Origin: a candidate division FCPU426 bacterium
GTDB taxonomy: Bacteria > Oederibacteriota > JAAXVQ01 > JAUVAV01
Direction: 5' to 3'
DNA length: 64,000 nt
Assembly: GCA_040756875.1 (NCBI GenBank)
Contig: JBFLYH010000001.1
Location: forward strand, 864,001-928,000
The position numbers were made by a program, and so were the translations under genes. The notes under the pieces are model-generated. The model was not told the DNA's origin, did not search any database, and was given only the letters and a program-made list of their open reading frames with translations. Below, in pieces: positions 10,006 through 20,491 of the stretch (its first letter is position 1; each line of letters begins with the position of its first letter).

Positions 10006-10479
10006 TCAGGCCATTTCCGCCGACAGGACGCGGTAGCGCCGCACTCCGGCCGGAATACGGATTTCGATGTCCTCCCCCACTTTTTTCCCGACCAATCCCT
10101 TGCCTACCGGAGAGGTGACTGAAATCCGGCCCTGCTCGAAGTTGGATTCCTGCGGGGAAACCAGCATATAAACCACTTCTTCCTGGGTGTTTAAATCCTG
10201 CAAAACCACGCGTTGGCCGACTGATACCCGGCCTTCGGGAATGTGGGCTTTGTCAATGACCTGGGCTTTGGCCAGCTGGTCCTGCAATTGGTGGATGCGG
10301 AGTTCCAATTTGGCCTGTTCTTCCTTGGCCGCATCATATTCGGCGTTTTCGGAAAGATCGCCATGTTCGCGCGCGACCTGAATGGCCTGGGTAACCACCC
10401 GCCTGCGTGGACCCATCAATTCCGCCAGTTCCGCTTGCAATTTCGCGTATCCCTCGGGAGTCAAGTAGACTTTTTCCAT
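10006..10479 (-). CDS. greA: Transcription elongation factor GreA
   Basis: AREHGDLSENAEYDAAKEEQ and ISVTSPVGKGL; start trimmed to MEKVYLT. Confidence 0.95.
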   Translation of the reverse strand: MEKVYLTPEGYAKLQAELAELMGPRRRVVTQAIQVAREHGDLSENAEYDAAKEEQAKLELRIHQLQDQLAKAQVIDKAHIPEGRVSVGQRVVLQDLNTQEEVVYMLVSPQESNFEQGRISVTSPVGKGLVGKKVGEDIEIRIPAGVRRYRVLSAEMA

Positions 10480-10511
10480 GTTCAAACCCGCCTTATTCGG
10501 TGTTTTTTGAA

Positions 10512-10540
10512 ATTGTATGCGAACCCGGATCATTTGTCAA
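10512..10540 (-). promoter_or_regulatory. sigma70-type promoter of greA
   Basis: TTGACA-N17-TACAAT on the minus strand; supports the 10479 start. Confidence 0.75.
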
Positions 10541-10590
10541 ATCCCTCCAGCCGGCTTGCTTTTTTTCCGGATTGACAATACAATACCCGC

Positions 10591-13038
10591 ATGGCATCCC
10601 CAACCTGGCTCCGTCATTTCTTCCCCTCCCTGCTCAACCGGTTGCGCGATATAAGGCCGCCGCTCAAGCTTCGTAACCAGCTGTTAAGCGTCATACTGAT
10701 CCTGGTCACGTTCAACTTCATCTTTTTTGCCCTGCTTGCCATGCGCACCCGCGTATCCTACGTGGCTTGGGAAACCGAGCGGGCGCTCCAGCACCAGGCC
10801 GGAGAATTGGGGCGTTTTACCGACGAATACTTCATGGAAATCATCCGCCGGATGCACGCCGACCTCTCAAAACTGAAAATCACGGACATCGAATCCCCCG
10901 AAAAATTCCAATCCGATCTGGATCCCTGGTTCCGCCGTTTCCCATCTTTGCAGGCCATCTCGCTTTTAAATGCCCGCCAAGCCGTCGTCGCATACGCGCT
11001 GCGCCAGCATCAGGATCTATCGTTGGTGGATGTCAAGGACCAGCATCTGCTCCGCCTAGCCGGCGACACTTCGGATGTCTGGCTGGGCAAGGCCGAGTAT
11101 CTTCCGACCTACGGCCGCCTGGTCTTGCCGGTTTTATTTTTGCTGCACCCCCAAAAATTTCCCGCCGGCGGCTGGCATTTGCGCGCCAGTTTGAATTTCA
11201 CGGAATTCATCCTGGAACTTTCCAAATACCACTTGCCGTCGGAAACAGAGATCGTCCTGGTCAATTCAGAGGGAAAAATCCTGTTGCATCCGCGTCTGCC
11301 GCCGGGGCGCCAATTGGGCCGCTACCAGCAGCTCATTCACGAATTGCTTTCGCGCCGCCAGCATGCCGGCGTCAGCCCCCAGGTTTTTCAAGTCGCCGCC
11401 TCGGAAAACGACCAGGGAGAGCGCGTGCTGCGCGCTTACGCCTATTGCGCGAATCTCGGGTGGGGATTGTTCCTGGAACAAAACGCCGCCATCATCCCCC
11501 AGCGCATCAACCGGCAGCGCCTGCTGCTGGCCGGATTGCTGTTGGGGCCGCTCATCCTGACTCTGATGGTCAGCCTGGGCGTGGTCGTCCAGTTGACGCG
11601 GCCGCTGGAAGAGCTCGAAGCCGGCATCAAATTGTTCGAAGCCGGATTGCTCTTCGAGCCATTGCCCATCCACGGCCAGGATGAAATCGGGCGTTTGACC
11701 ATGGCCTTCAACCAAATGGTGCACACTCTGGTGGCCCGCAACGAGGAGATCCAAAACAAAACCCGCAAGCTTCTCTTTTTCAACGAAATCACCAGCATTA
11801 TCAACCAATCCATCGATTTGCGCACATTCCTCAACCAGGCTCTGCGCAAAATTCTCCAGAATCTCAGTGTGTCCGCCGGCTGGATTTATATCTTCGATCC
11901 GCAAGTTAAAAAGCTCAACCTGCTGGCGCATTTCGGGCTGACCGAACAGCAGTTGTCATGGTTGAAGAGCCCCGACTTCACCGACGCGCTCCAGAAAAAA
12001 TTATACAGCACGGGCAAGCCCTCCCTCTGGCGGGACCTTTCCCGCCAGCTTGAACTCGATCACGCCCGCTGGGCGGAACTGCTGCCGGACCTTCTGCTGG
12101 TGCCTCTGCGTTCCAAAAAACGGACGGTGGGCGTGCTGGCCCTGACCACCACCCATAAGTATTTTTCGCAGTACAAGGAAATGGACCAATTGATCCGGAT
12201 CGGCGGCGAACTTGGAATCGCCGTGGAAAACGCCCTGTTGTACATCGAACTGCAACTGAAGATAAAGGAACGGGACGAAGTCAACCGCGAGCTGCAGGAA
12301 ATGGACCGTTTCAAGGATCACATTCTGTCCAACGTCTCCCACGAACTGCGGACGCCCATCACCTCCATACGTTCCTATACCGACCTCTTTCTGGCAGGCA
12401 AAATCGGGCCGCTGAGCGACGTGCAAAAAGACAAACTCGCCATCATCCAGCGCAACGTCAACCACCTGCTGGTGCTGATCAACGACCTTCTGACCATGTC
12501 CAAAATGCAGGATCAAAAGCTTCTGCTCAAACACCGGGAAACGATGGCCATCCAGGAGGCCGTCGACCAGGTACTGGCCGATACACGGGAGATGGCCCGG
12601 GCCAAGAATCTCAAACTGGCCCGCACGGGAGAATCCAAGCCCATATACATCCGGGTCAACATCCAAAAAATGTACCAGGTCTTGCAGAACCTGGTTTCAA
12701 ATGCCATCAAATTCACGGAACAGGGCTCGGTGACAGTCGACATCAAACTGGCGGCGGGCGGCCCGACGGGACGGCAGGTCGAAATCAGCGTCACCGACAC
12801 CGGCATCGGCATCCCGCCGGAAGCCCACGATAAGATTTACCAGCGTTTTTACCAGGTGGATTCTTCCAGCACCCGCAAATACGTGGGCACGGGGCTGGGC
12901 TTGGCGATCGTTAAAGAACTATTGGAAGCGCACGGGACGGAAATAAAATTGGAAAGTAGAGTGGGGGAAGGCAGCCGGTTTTGGTTCCGGCTGCCCGTGG
13001 AAGAAGCCCCGAAAATCAATCAATTGCCCAACGCCTGA
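10591..13038 (+). CDS. Membrane sensor histidine kinase (Cache-like, HAMP, GAF, HisKA, HATPase)
   Basis: Two TM segments, DEIGRLTMAFNQM (HAMP), SHELRTPITSI, NLVSNAIKFT, DTGIGI, GTGLGLAI. Confidence 0.92.
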   Translation: MASPTWLRHFFPSLLNRLRDIRPPLKLRNQLLSVILILVTFNFIFFALLAMRTRVSYVAWETERALQHQAGELGRFTDEYFMEIIRRMHADLSKLKITDIESPEKFQSDLDPWFRRFPSLQAISLLNARQAVVAYALRQHQDLSLVDVKDQHLLRLAGDTSDVWLGKAEYLPTYGRLVLPVLFLLHPQKFPAGGWHLRASLNFTEFILELSKYHLPSETEIVLVNSEGKILLHPRLPPGRQLGRYQQLIHELLSRRQHAGVSPQVFQVAASENDQGERVLRAYAYCANLGWGLFLEQNAAIIPQRINRQRLLLAGLLLGPLILTLMVSLGVVVQLTRPLEELEAGIKLFEAGLLFEPLPIHGQDEIGRLTMAFNQMVHTLVARNEEIQNKTRKLLFFNEITSIINQSIDLRTFLNQALRKILQNLSVSAGWIYIFDPQVKKLNLLAHFGLTEQQLSWLKSPDFTDALQKKLYSTGKPSLWRDLSRQLELDHARWAELLPDLLLVPLRSKKRTVGVLALTTTHKYFSQYKEMDQLIRIGGELGIAVENALLYIELQLKIKERDEVNRELQEMDRFKDHILSNVSHELRTPITSIRSYTDLFLAGKIGPLSDVQKDKLAIIQRNVNHLLVLINDLLTMSKMQDQKLLLKHRETMAIQEAVDQVLADTREMARAKNLKLARTGESKPIYIRVNIQKMYQVLQNLVSNAIKFTEQGSVTVDIKLAAGGPTGRQVEISVTDTGIGIPPEAHDKIYQRFYQVDSSSTRKYVGTGLGLAIVKELLEAHGTEIKLESRVGEGSRFWFRLPVEEAPKINQLPNA

Positions 13039-13047
13039 ACCGATCCG

Positions 13048-14223
13048 TCAGGCGAAAACTTTTTTCAGGCTGCGCAACGCCTGACGCGTGCGCTCTTCGT
13101 TTTCGATCAGTGCGAAACGGACATATCCTTCCCCGCCCTCCCCGAAGCCTTCACCCGGCGCCACGGCCACCTTGGCGGTCTGCAGCAGGTGCATGGCAAA
13201 TCCGACCGAACCCATCCCACGGAAGCGTTCGGGGATTCGGGCCCATACGAACATCGTCGCTTTCGGCTTGGGAACTTCCCAGCCCAGTTTATTGAGTCCG
13301 TCCACCAGCACATCCCGTCGCACGCGATACGTGTTGACGATTTCCCCCACGCAATCCTGCGGTCCGTTCAGGGCGCAAATCGCCGCGATTTGAATGGGTG
13401 TGAACATGCCGTAATCCAGATAGCTTTTAATCCGGGCCAGAGTAGCGACCGCCTGGGCGTTTCCGACCATGAATCCCACCCGCCAGCCCGGCATGTTGTA
13501 GGTTTTGGAAAGAGAATAAAACTCCACGCCCCGTTCCTTGGCTCCCGGCACCTGCAGCAAGCTGGGAGAACGAAAATCATCAAAGCACAACTCCGCGTAA
13601 GCGTGGTCGTGGATGACCCAAAATCCCTCCTCCTTCGCCAAGGCAACGACCTGTTCGAAAAAGCGGAGATCGACGACCTCGCCGGTGGGATTGTGGGGAT
13701 AGGAAAGGATCACTGCCTTGGGTTTGGGCCACGCTTGCCGGCAGCAGGCATGCAGCCTGGGCAGGATATCCTCACCCGGACTGAACGGAATGCTGATCAC
13801 GTTCCCTTCCGACAAAACCACCGAATAGGCATGAATGGGGTAGCAAGGCGTGGGCACGACCACCGTGTCCCCCGGATTGAGCAGGGAAAGCATGAAGTGC
13901 GAAATGCCTTCCTTGGCACCGATGGTCGCGATCGCTTCCTTGTCGGGATCAAGCTCCACGCCGAACCGTCGCGCATACCATTTGCAAATCGCTTCGCGCA
14001 GCTTGAAAACACCGCGCGACACCGAATAGCGGTGGTTTTGTGGCTTTCCGGCCGCCTCCACCAGCTTATCCACGATGTGTTGGGGCGTGGCCATGTCCGG
14101 ATTGCCCATGCCGAAATCAATGATATCTTCTCCCCGACCCCGTGCAGCTTTGGTTTCCGCCGTCACCTTGGCCAGGACATAGGGGGGTATTCGATCCAAT
14201 TTATTCGCGTGCATTTCGATCAC
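13048..14223 (-). CDS. Class I/II PLP aminotransferase (AlaC / LL-DAP aminotransferase-like)
   Basis: DFGMGNPD, YPHNPTG, SLSKTYNMPGWRVGF. Confidence 0.9.
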   Translation of the reverse strand: MIEMHANKLDRIPPYVLAKVTAETKAARGRGEDIIDFGMGNPDMATPQHIVDKLVEAAGKPQNHRYSVSRGVFKLREAICKWYARRFGVELDPDKEAIATIGAKEGISHFMLSLLNPGDTVVVPTPCYPIHAYSVVLSEGNVISIPFSPGEDILPRLHACCRQAWPKPKAVILSYPHNPTGEVVDLRFFEQVVALAKEEGFWVIHDHAYAELCFDDFRSPSLLQVPGAKERGVEFYSLSKTYNMPGWRVGFMVGNAQAVATLARIKSYLDYGMFTPIQIAAICALNGPQDCVGEIVNTYRVRRDVLVDGLNKLGWEVPKPKATMFVWARIPERFRGMGSVGFAMHLLQTAKVAVAPGEGFGEGGEGYVRFALIENEERTRQALRSLKKVFA

Positions 14224-14252
14224 CTACTCGTTCGCTGCGATTTGCCGCGGCC

Positions 14253-15194
14253 TCAAGGCCGCCGACGCTGTTTCAGACGCATCCGCAACGTCCAGGACGG
14301 TATGCGTTGCGAGGCCAAATACCGGTAACGTCTCTGCACTTCCCCGGCTTTCAAGCCGGTCAGGCCTTGCACTGAAAAAGCTTCCACTGTGTGTGCGGCC
14401 AACACCGTGCCGACCGCGACGGCCCGCCGCAAGGATTCAGCGGTCAGAGCCCGTCCCTGAGCCAGGATGCCGATCAGGCCTCCGGCGAACGTATCTCCGG
14501 CTCCCGTGGGGTCTTTTACTTCGTCCACGGGATAGGCCGGCAGCAGCCAGGTCTCCTTCCCCCACATCACCATGGCTCCGCAGGCACCCCTTTTGATAGC
14601 CACACCTCGCGGGCCGCGCCGCATCAGCCACCGCCCGGCTCTGACCACATTCGGTTCGCCCGACAACAGGCGCGCTTCACCTTCGTTGACCACCAGCAAG
14701 TCCGCGCGTTTCATCACCCGCAGCAGCTGCTCCCGTTTGTTTTCGATCCACAAATTCATCGTATCGAGCACAACCATGCTCGGCCGGATCATCTGGTCGA
14801 GCACCTGGTTTTGCAGGTCGGGATCGATATTCGCCAGGAAGACAAATGGGGCGTCCCGCCATTCGCGTGGCAAGCGAGGTTTGAAAGCGGCAAAAACGTT
14901 CAATTCCGTGGCGACCGTGTGCGCTTCATTCATGTCGCCCGTATAGTACCCTGACCAATGAAAAGTCTTGCCGGCGGCTCGTTCCAAACCGTCCAAAGCG
15001 ATCCCTTGGCGTTTGAGCAGCGCCAAATGCTCGTCCGGAAAATCCTCCCCCACCACACCCACGATTCCCGGCACCACGAACTGGCTGGCAGCCAGGGAGG
15101 CGTAAACCGCCGAGCCGCCCAACCCGCGGCGTATCGCGCCGTGCGGCGTCTTCACGTCGTCCAAAGCCACCGAACCGACGATCACCAGTTTCAT
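14253..15194 (-). CDS. PfkB family carbohydrate/nucleoside kinase
   Basis: GSVALD..LGGSA and DPTGAGDTFAGG. Confidence 0.9.
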   Translation of the reverse strand: MKLVIVGSVALDDVKTPHGAIRRGLGGSAVYASLAASQFVVPGIVGVVGEDFPDEHLALLKRQGIALDGLERAAGKTFHWSGYYTGDMNEAHTVATELNVFAAFKPRLPREWRDAPFVFLANIDPDLQNQVLDQMIRPSMVVLDTMNLWIENKREQLLRVMKRADLLVVNEGEARLLSGEPNVVRAGRWLMRRGPRGVAIKRGACGAMVMWGKETWLLPAYPVDEVKDPTGAGDTFAGGLIGILAQGRALTAESLRRAVAVGTVLAAHTVEAFSVQGLTGLKAGEVQRRYRYLASQRIPSWTLRMRLKQRRRP

Positions 15195-16801
15195 GAGGAA
15201 CGACTCCCTTTCCCCGCGCGCCGTTTATTGTTTATTGCGCGCACGCCGATAAAAAGAAGGTCCCAGAGTAGCATAAATCCGACAATCCCGCAAAGCCAAT
15301 CTCCCCAGCGCGCGAACCAGGTAAGCGTCTGTCGGGGACGCACATTCGCCACCACCGTTCCCGATTGACCCAAGGGCAGGATGGAAAGCAACCGTCCGCG
15401 GGGATCGTAGATCGCGGAAATGCCGGTGCTGGCGGTCCGCACGAGAAAACGGCCGTTCTCAGCCGCCCGGAAAGCCGAAAAACTGGCGTGCAAGGCCGGA
15501 GCGGCCGAATGGCCGAACCAAGCGTCGTTCGTCACCACCACCAGGATTTCCGCGCCCCGCCGTGTCAACTGGGCGGCGTACGCGGGAAACAGGCTTTCGA
15601 AGCAAATCAAGGCCGCCACCCAATGTCGTTCGCCGGACGTTATCCACGGCAGCAAGTCGCGTTTGCGGGCAGGCGTGAAACCTGCGCCTCCGTATCGTCT
15701 AACCACTTTATGGATGAGAGAAAAAACGGAATCCTTGAAGGGCACGTATTCCCCAAACGGCACCAAATGTTTCTTGGACGTGGCTCCGCTCACCCGCCCG
15801 GATTCATCCAGCGCCACGACCGAATTGTAATACAAGTACCCTTCGGCTGCATCGGGCTCGACCTCGTCCGTGCCGACTAACTGGGTGAGGCGCCAGCGTC
15901 CGGACCATTCCCGCACGACCTGAGCCGGTTCCCGGTCCAGGCTGAAAATGCCGGGGAAAGCGGTTTCCGGCCACACAGTCAAGCGGGCTCCCTGCGCCGC
16001 CGCCTGGGCGGTAAGGCGGCCGAATTTTTTCAAGGTCCGGCGCTGATAGGATTGGTCCCAAACCTGGTTCTGATCGATATTCCCCTGCAAGGCTGCCGCC
16101 ACCAGGGGCGTTGACCCAGGATGTTTCTTCAATTGCCGGTCCGATGCGATCGCTAGCAGTGTCACGAAGAGAATCAGGGCAGCCAAGCCGGCCAACCGAA
16201 GCCTGTTCGGCCGTGTTTCCCCGGCCACAGGGGATTGAAAAATCCCCGGCCAGATCCGGCGTAATACCGCGTACAAGCCGTAATTGACCAGAACGGTTGC
16301 CGCCGAGGCGCCCCACACACCCGTGACCGGCGCCAAGGCCAACATCCATGGATTCTGGTAATGCGCCATGCCCAGCATTACCCAGGGAAATCCGGAGATC
16401 ATAAAATTCCGCACATACTCCAGTCCCAACCATAAAGTGACCGCCGCGCTCCAGCCGGGCACCCCCGCGGCCAGCAAACGGCGATATCCCCATAAAAACA
16501 CACCCGTATACACAGCCAGATAAGCGGACAATGTCAGCCAGGCCAGCGGCCCCAGAGGATGCATGGCCGGCATGAAAGCCATCCAGATCGTGCTGGAACC
16601 GAAATAAACCATTCCGAAGACAAATCCGGATTTCCAGGCCTGGCTGAAAGTCATTCGCGGATCCAGGGAAAAAAGCGGAATCAAACAGAAAAACGCCAGA
16701 CTGCCTCCGCTCCACTGGAGGGAGGTCCCCACAGGGTTGGGAAACGACAAAGCCGCCAGCAAACCTGCCAGTAGCAATTTTCCCCAATCCGAGTTTTTCA
16801 T
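15191..16801 (-). CDS. lnt: Apolipoprotein N-acyltransferase
   Basis: GFPW, QGNI, VWPETA, KKHLVPFGEYVP, ICFES, TNDAWFG; start set at MKNSDW. Confidence 0.93.
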   Translation of the reverse strand: MKNSDWGKLLLAGLLAALSFPNPVGTSLQWSGGSLAFFCLIPLFSLDPRMTFSQAWKSGFVFGMVYFGSSTIWMAFMPAMHPLGPLAWLTLSAYLAVYTGVFLWGYRRLLAAGVPGWSAAVTLWLGLEYVRNFMISGFPWVMLGMAHYQNPWMLALAPVTGVWGASAATVLVNYGLYAVLRRIWPGIFQSPVAGETRPNRLRLAGLAALILFVTLLAIASDRQLKKHPGSTPLVAAALQGNIDQNQVWDQSYQRRTLKKFGRLTAQAAAQGARLTVWPETAFPGIFSLDREPAQVVREWSGRWRLTQLVGTDEVEPDAAEGYLYYNSVVALDESGRVSGATSKKHLVPFGEYVPFKDSVFSLIHKVVRRYGGAGFTPARKRDLLPWITSGERHWVAALICFESLFPAYAAQLTRRGAEILVVVTNDAWFGHSAAPALHASFSAFRAAENGRFLVRTASTGISAIYDPRGRLLSILPLGQSGTVVANVRPRQTLTWFARWGDWLCGIVGFMLLWDLLFIGVRAINNKRRAGKGSRSS

Positions 16802-16802
16802 A

Positions 16803-17510
16803 TCAGGCGGAGATGAGCGTCCGGACCCATTCGGCCATCCAGGCCACAAACGCCGCGAACAAGCGTCCGGTTTCAAGGAAGAAAACGGGCAGGGTGATGA
16901 TATCCGGGGAAATGATCGACAATACCATGACCACCATGACGAGATTCATGAAATAGACAAAAGCCAGCGAGAAAAAGACGCCTACCTGACGGATGTCGCT
17001 CTGGCGGTCGCGCAGGGAGTGCAGCGTCAGCGCCAGATGAAAAGCCAGGGTCAGCCCAATGAAAAACGAAAGCAAGGGATAGAATTTCGGCGCCGCGATG
17101 AAATAGATCGGCAAGAGCATGAATGTGTAAAGAGGGAAAAAATAGGGAGCCAGGGCGATGAGAAAATTGGTTTTCGACAGCGTAACCTGGCCGCCCTCGC
17201 GCGAAACGGAAAGGGACTTGATCTTCCCACCGAGCAATACGGCCCAAAAGGCGTGGGTTAATTCATGCCCCATGACATGGATAAAGATCGGTTTCCACAA
17301 GAGCAGGTGCATGACCAAATACACCCCCGCGCCGGTGACAAATGCCAGTTGCACGGGTGTGACCAAATTGAACTGCGATAAATGGCGGAGCAAAACGGCG
17401 GTGGCAAAAACACCGGGAATGGTCAGGAGGAGTCCGGTCACGACTTTCAGCCAGGATCGCGGTGGATGCTGGGGGCGGGAGCGCCGGGAAGAAGGCATGC
17501 GGCGTTTCAC
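16803..17510 (-). CDS. M50-like membrane zinc metallopeptidase
   Basis: HELTH (HExxH) in hydrophobic context, IALAPYF, downstream QSD. Confidence 0.65.
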   Translation of the reverse strand: MKRRMPSSRRSRPQHPPRSWLKVVTGLLLTIPGVFATAVLLRHLSQFNLVTPVQLAFVTGAGVYLVMHLLLWKPIFIHVMGHELTHAFWAVLLGGKIKSLSVSREGGQVTLSKTNFLIALAPYFFPLYTFMLLPIYFIAAPKFYPLLSFFIGLTLAFHLALTLHSLRDRQSDIRQVGVFFSLAFVYFMNLVMVVMVLSIISPDIITLPVFFLETGRLFAAFVAWMAEWVRTLISA

Positions 17511-18928
17511 GCGAGCGTGGTTTGGTTGCGCCCGTTTTCCTTGGAACGGTACAGGGCGGCGTCGGCCGCTTCGATCAGTTGGAGGGGCGTTTGGGCATCC
17601 TTATGATATTCAGCCAGGCCGATGGAAATGGTGACCTGCACGTTTTCGCCGTTGAGCACGAACGGAATCGCTTCAACCGCCTTGCGAAGGCGCTCCGCCG
17701 GGATGACGGCCTCCTCTTTGCTGACTTCCGGCATGATCACCGAAAATTCCTCGCCGCCGTAGCGCGCCGGCACATCCACATCCCGGAAATTCTCCTTGAT
17801 GGCTTTGGCCACGGCGATCAGCACCTCGTCGCCCTTGGTATGCCCATAGGTATCATTGATGTTCTTGAAGTGGTCGATGTCGCTCATCAGCAAGGTGAGT
17901 TTGTTGTGATACCGCTCCGCCCGCTTGATTTCATCATCCAGGCGCAGTTGAAAATAGCGTTTCAGATACAACTTGGTCATCGCGTCCGTAATCGCCTGTT
18001 CGTAATGACGGGCATTGCGCAGCGCCAAGGCGGCCAGGGAGGCCAGCGTATTGATGAAATCCTTTTCCCCCTGGCCAAATTCCTCTCCGGACAGTTTCTT
18101 GCTGATCATCATCGACCCGATGATCTGGTCCTTGGCCAGGAGCGGCACGATCATATAGGTCTTGTAAGCGGCGAAAAATTCCATTTCCGCTTTAAATTCC
18201 GGCCGGCTTTCCAGCTCATGCAAAATCAACGCCTGCTGTTCCCTCTGCCGGAGAAAATTAAGGAATGTTTCCGTGGTGGAAACCGATTCGGCGCGCTGGG
18301 AATCCTGGCGAAGGCCCTTCTGATACATGCGGACCAGGCGGGGCTGGGGCCCCTCCTCGTCCAGAAAGGCGATGGTCATGGTCGTGGTGCCCAACTGCCC
18401 CATTGAAGTGAAGCACGAAATTTTCAAAATCGTTTCGACCGACAGGGTGGAATTCAACTCTTTGCCGATGTTGAAAAGCGTGAACAAATCATAGACTTTT
18501 TTATCGAGTTCCCGGTAGGTTTTCTCGATGATTTCCGCGTGCGAAGCCAATTCGCGGTTGGAGGTTTCCAGTTCCAGCCGTTTCATTTGGGCGTCCAAAA
18601 CGATTTGGTTGAAATTATTGGCCAACCTTCCGATTTCGTCGTCGCGAACCAGCGAGATTCCTCCCTCGCGGATCCCCTGCAGCGTCTCTTCGGTCTCCTG
18701 GATCAACAAGCGGATGGGTTTGAAAAGCTGGTTATAGGTCACGAGAATGGCCAAAACCGTCACGGTGATCAGCCCGGCGCTGACACTCATCAGCAGGATT
18801 CTCAACCCGGGGTTTGGTTGAAAAAAACCGACAACGGCCATTACCAGGCAGCCGACCACCGCCATTCCGCCCAGCAGGAGGATGGAGCCGAAACGCCCGC
18901 GTTTGATCAACGCTTCCCCGTTGCCCAT
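17507..18928 (-). CDS. Diguanylate cyclase (TM, HAMP, GAF, GGDEF)
   Basis: DIDHFKNINDTYGH, RDVDVPARYGGEEF (RxxD I-site plus GGEEF). Confidence 0.93.
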   Translation of the reverse strand: MGNGEALIKRGRFGSILLLGGMAVVGCLVMAVVGFFQPNPGLRILLMSVSAGLITVTVLAILVTYNQLFKPIRLLIQETEETLQGIREGGISLVRDDEIGRLANNFNQIVLDAQMKRLELETSNRELASHAEIIEKTYRELDKKVYDLFTLFNIGKELNSTLSVETILKISCFTSMGQLGTTTMTIAFLDEEGPQPRLVRMYQKGLRQDSQRAESVSTTETFLNFLRQREQQALILHELESRPEFKAEMEFFAAYKTYMIVPLLAKDQIIGSMMISKKLSGEEFGQGEKDFINTLASLAALALRNARHYEQAITDAMTKLYLKRYFQLRLDDEIKRAERYHNKLTLLMSDIDHFKNINDTYGHTKGDEVLIAVAKAIKENFRDVDVPARYGGEEFSVIMPEVSKEEAVIPAERLRKAVEAIPFVLNGENVQVTISIGLAEYHKDAQTPLQLIEAADAALYRSKENGRNQTTLA

Positions 18929-19812
18929 TACGAAGCCGCCCCCGAAAAACGTTTCACCATGCGCAATTCGTTTATGTTGTCGCCGCTGCGATAATCAACC
19001 TCGTCCATGAATTGCGCGATCAAATAGCGACCCAATCCGCCGACCTTGCGTTCCGCCAAATGCCGCTTCAAATCCGGGAGCGGCGTTTTGGCGCTGTCGA
19101 AGGATTTTCCGTAATCACGCAACGCAATCTCCAGCCGGTCGGGATACAGCCAGGCTTCCACGTGAATCTCCTGATACGGATCGTAAGAATAAGCGTGTTC
19201 GACTACATTGGCCAGTGATTCATCAAGCGCCATCTCAATCTGCGAGATCGTTTCCGCGTCGAGGTTTTCCTCGCTGGTGATACCCACGATGAAGTTACGG
19301 ACATGGTTGAGATAATTGACATCGCTGGGAATGCGGAATTCCAGGTGCTTGACGTGTTTTAATCCCTGTATATAGCCGTGTTTAAGCGGGATGACCTTCC
19401 CGTATTTGTCGACAAAGTAAATTTCATTGCAGCGCAGGCAGCGGAAAATTTCGCTCTTGCCGGCAATGTTTTGCTGCCCGCATCCTGGGCACTGAATATC
19501 CTGAGGGAACGAGACCGGTTCCCCGCGCTCTATAACCTGAAAGTATTCTTCGCCGCTGCCCGCTTGATTCCAGGCGCGAATGCGAATCCGGCCCGAGCCG
19601 GTCACTGTCACTTCGCCTTCCCAGCGGCCTTGAAAAACGTTGGTGGCCAGCACCGGGGAAATCAACCCTCTGTCGGAGATGAGGTGCAGGTTGCCTTCAT
19701 AATCAGAAACCCGCGCGCCAGCTTCGTCCCGAGCCTCGATGACCAGCTGAAACGGTTCGCCGGCTACGATCTCCGAAGCATTCGTAAAGATCGAAAAATG
19801 ATGGACCGCCAT
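18928..19812 (-). CDS. RsbW/SpoIIAB-like anti-sigma Ser kinase with N-terminal Ig-like domain and CxxC..CxxC zinc ribbon
   Basis: C-terminal ESLANVVEHAY, RDYGKSFD, GGLGRYLIAQFMDEV; CPGC and CLRC in the middle. Confidence 0.8.
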   Translation of the reverse strand: MAVHHFSIFTNASEIVAGEPFQLVIEARDEAGARVSDYEGNLHLISDRGLISPVLATNVFQGRWEGEVTVTGSGRIRIRAWNQAGSGEEYFQVIERGEPVSFPQDIQCPGCGQQNIAGKSEIFRCLRCNEIYFVDKYGKVIPLKHGYIQGLKHVKHLEFRIPSDVNYLNHVRNFIVGITSEENLDAETISQIEMALDESLANVVEHAYSYDPYQEIHVEAWLYPDRLEIALRDYGKSFDSAKTPLPDLKRHLAERKVGGLGRYLIAQFMDEVDYRSGDNINELRMVKRFSGAAS

Positions 19813-20128
19813 TGCACATCCTAGTACGGCCGCCGGGCTGCGAGGTACTGGCCGACGAACCGGTTAGGTATTTCCCACAGGGGCGAGACGCGCCAAGCTG
19901 CATCTCCATCCCAATATCCCCTTCGTATTGGCCATGCATCCCCGGAGACAGGGAATCTGACTCGGGTTTCGTTTTTACCGTGCTTCAGATGGAGTTAGGA
20001 TTCAGGCAGGAGGGTCCGATGGCGTGACGGTTCGGTTTTACGCGGAAGCTCCCCGAAGCTCTGTTCCCCATCTCCATAGAGCGCTGCGGGATAGTGGCCC
20101 CGGGGCGGGAAGGTTCCCGCTTGCAGAC

Positions 20129-20491
20129 TCAGCGGCCATCCATGAATTTCGAGACCGCCGCAGCCTCATTGTCGGCAATTTGAAACAGCTCGGAAAAACC
20201 GAGCAGATCAAAAACCTTGTAAATTTTTGGCGACAGGTTGATCAGCACGATATCTCCGTGATTATCGCGGATTTCGTCGATCACACCCATGAATGTGCCC
20301 AACCCGGCGCTGCTGATGTAATCGAGTTGCGCCAAGTTGACGATGAGCTTGAATTTTTTATCCTTGATCAGACGGTTGAACGTCTCTTCAAGTTCGGCAA
20401 CGGTATAAGCGTCCAAGAATCCCTCGACATTCAATACGGTGCATTCGGGATTAAGCGAGGAACTTTGGACCGATACGTTGATTTTCTTCAT
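20129..20491 (-). CDS. STAS-domain anti-sigma factor antagonist (RsbV/SpoIIAA-like)
   Basis: GFLDA, LDYISSAGLG with the phosphorylatable Ser. Confidence 0.92.
   Translation of the reverse strand: MKKINVSVQSSSLNPECTVLNVEGFLDAYTVAELEETFNRLIKDKKFKLIVNLAQLDYISSAGLGTFMGVIDEIRDNHGDIVLINLSPKIYKVFDLLGFSELFQIADNEAAAVSKFMDGR

Noticed and set aside
19813-20128. RNase P RNA or tmRNA
   Set aside because: Lacks the GAGGAAAGTCC and tRNA-like terminal signatures.
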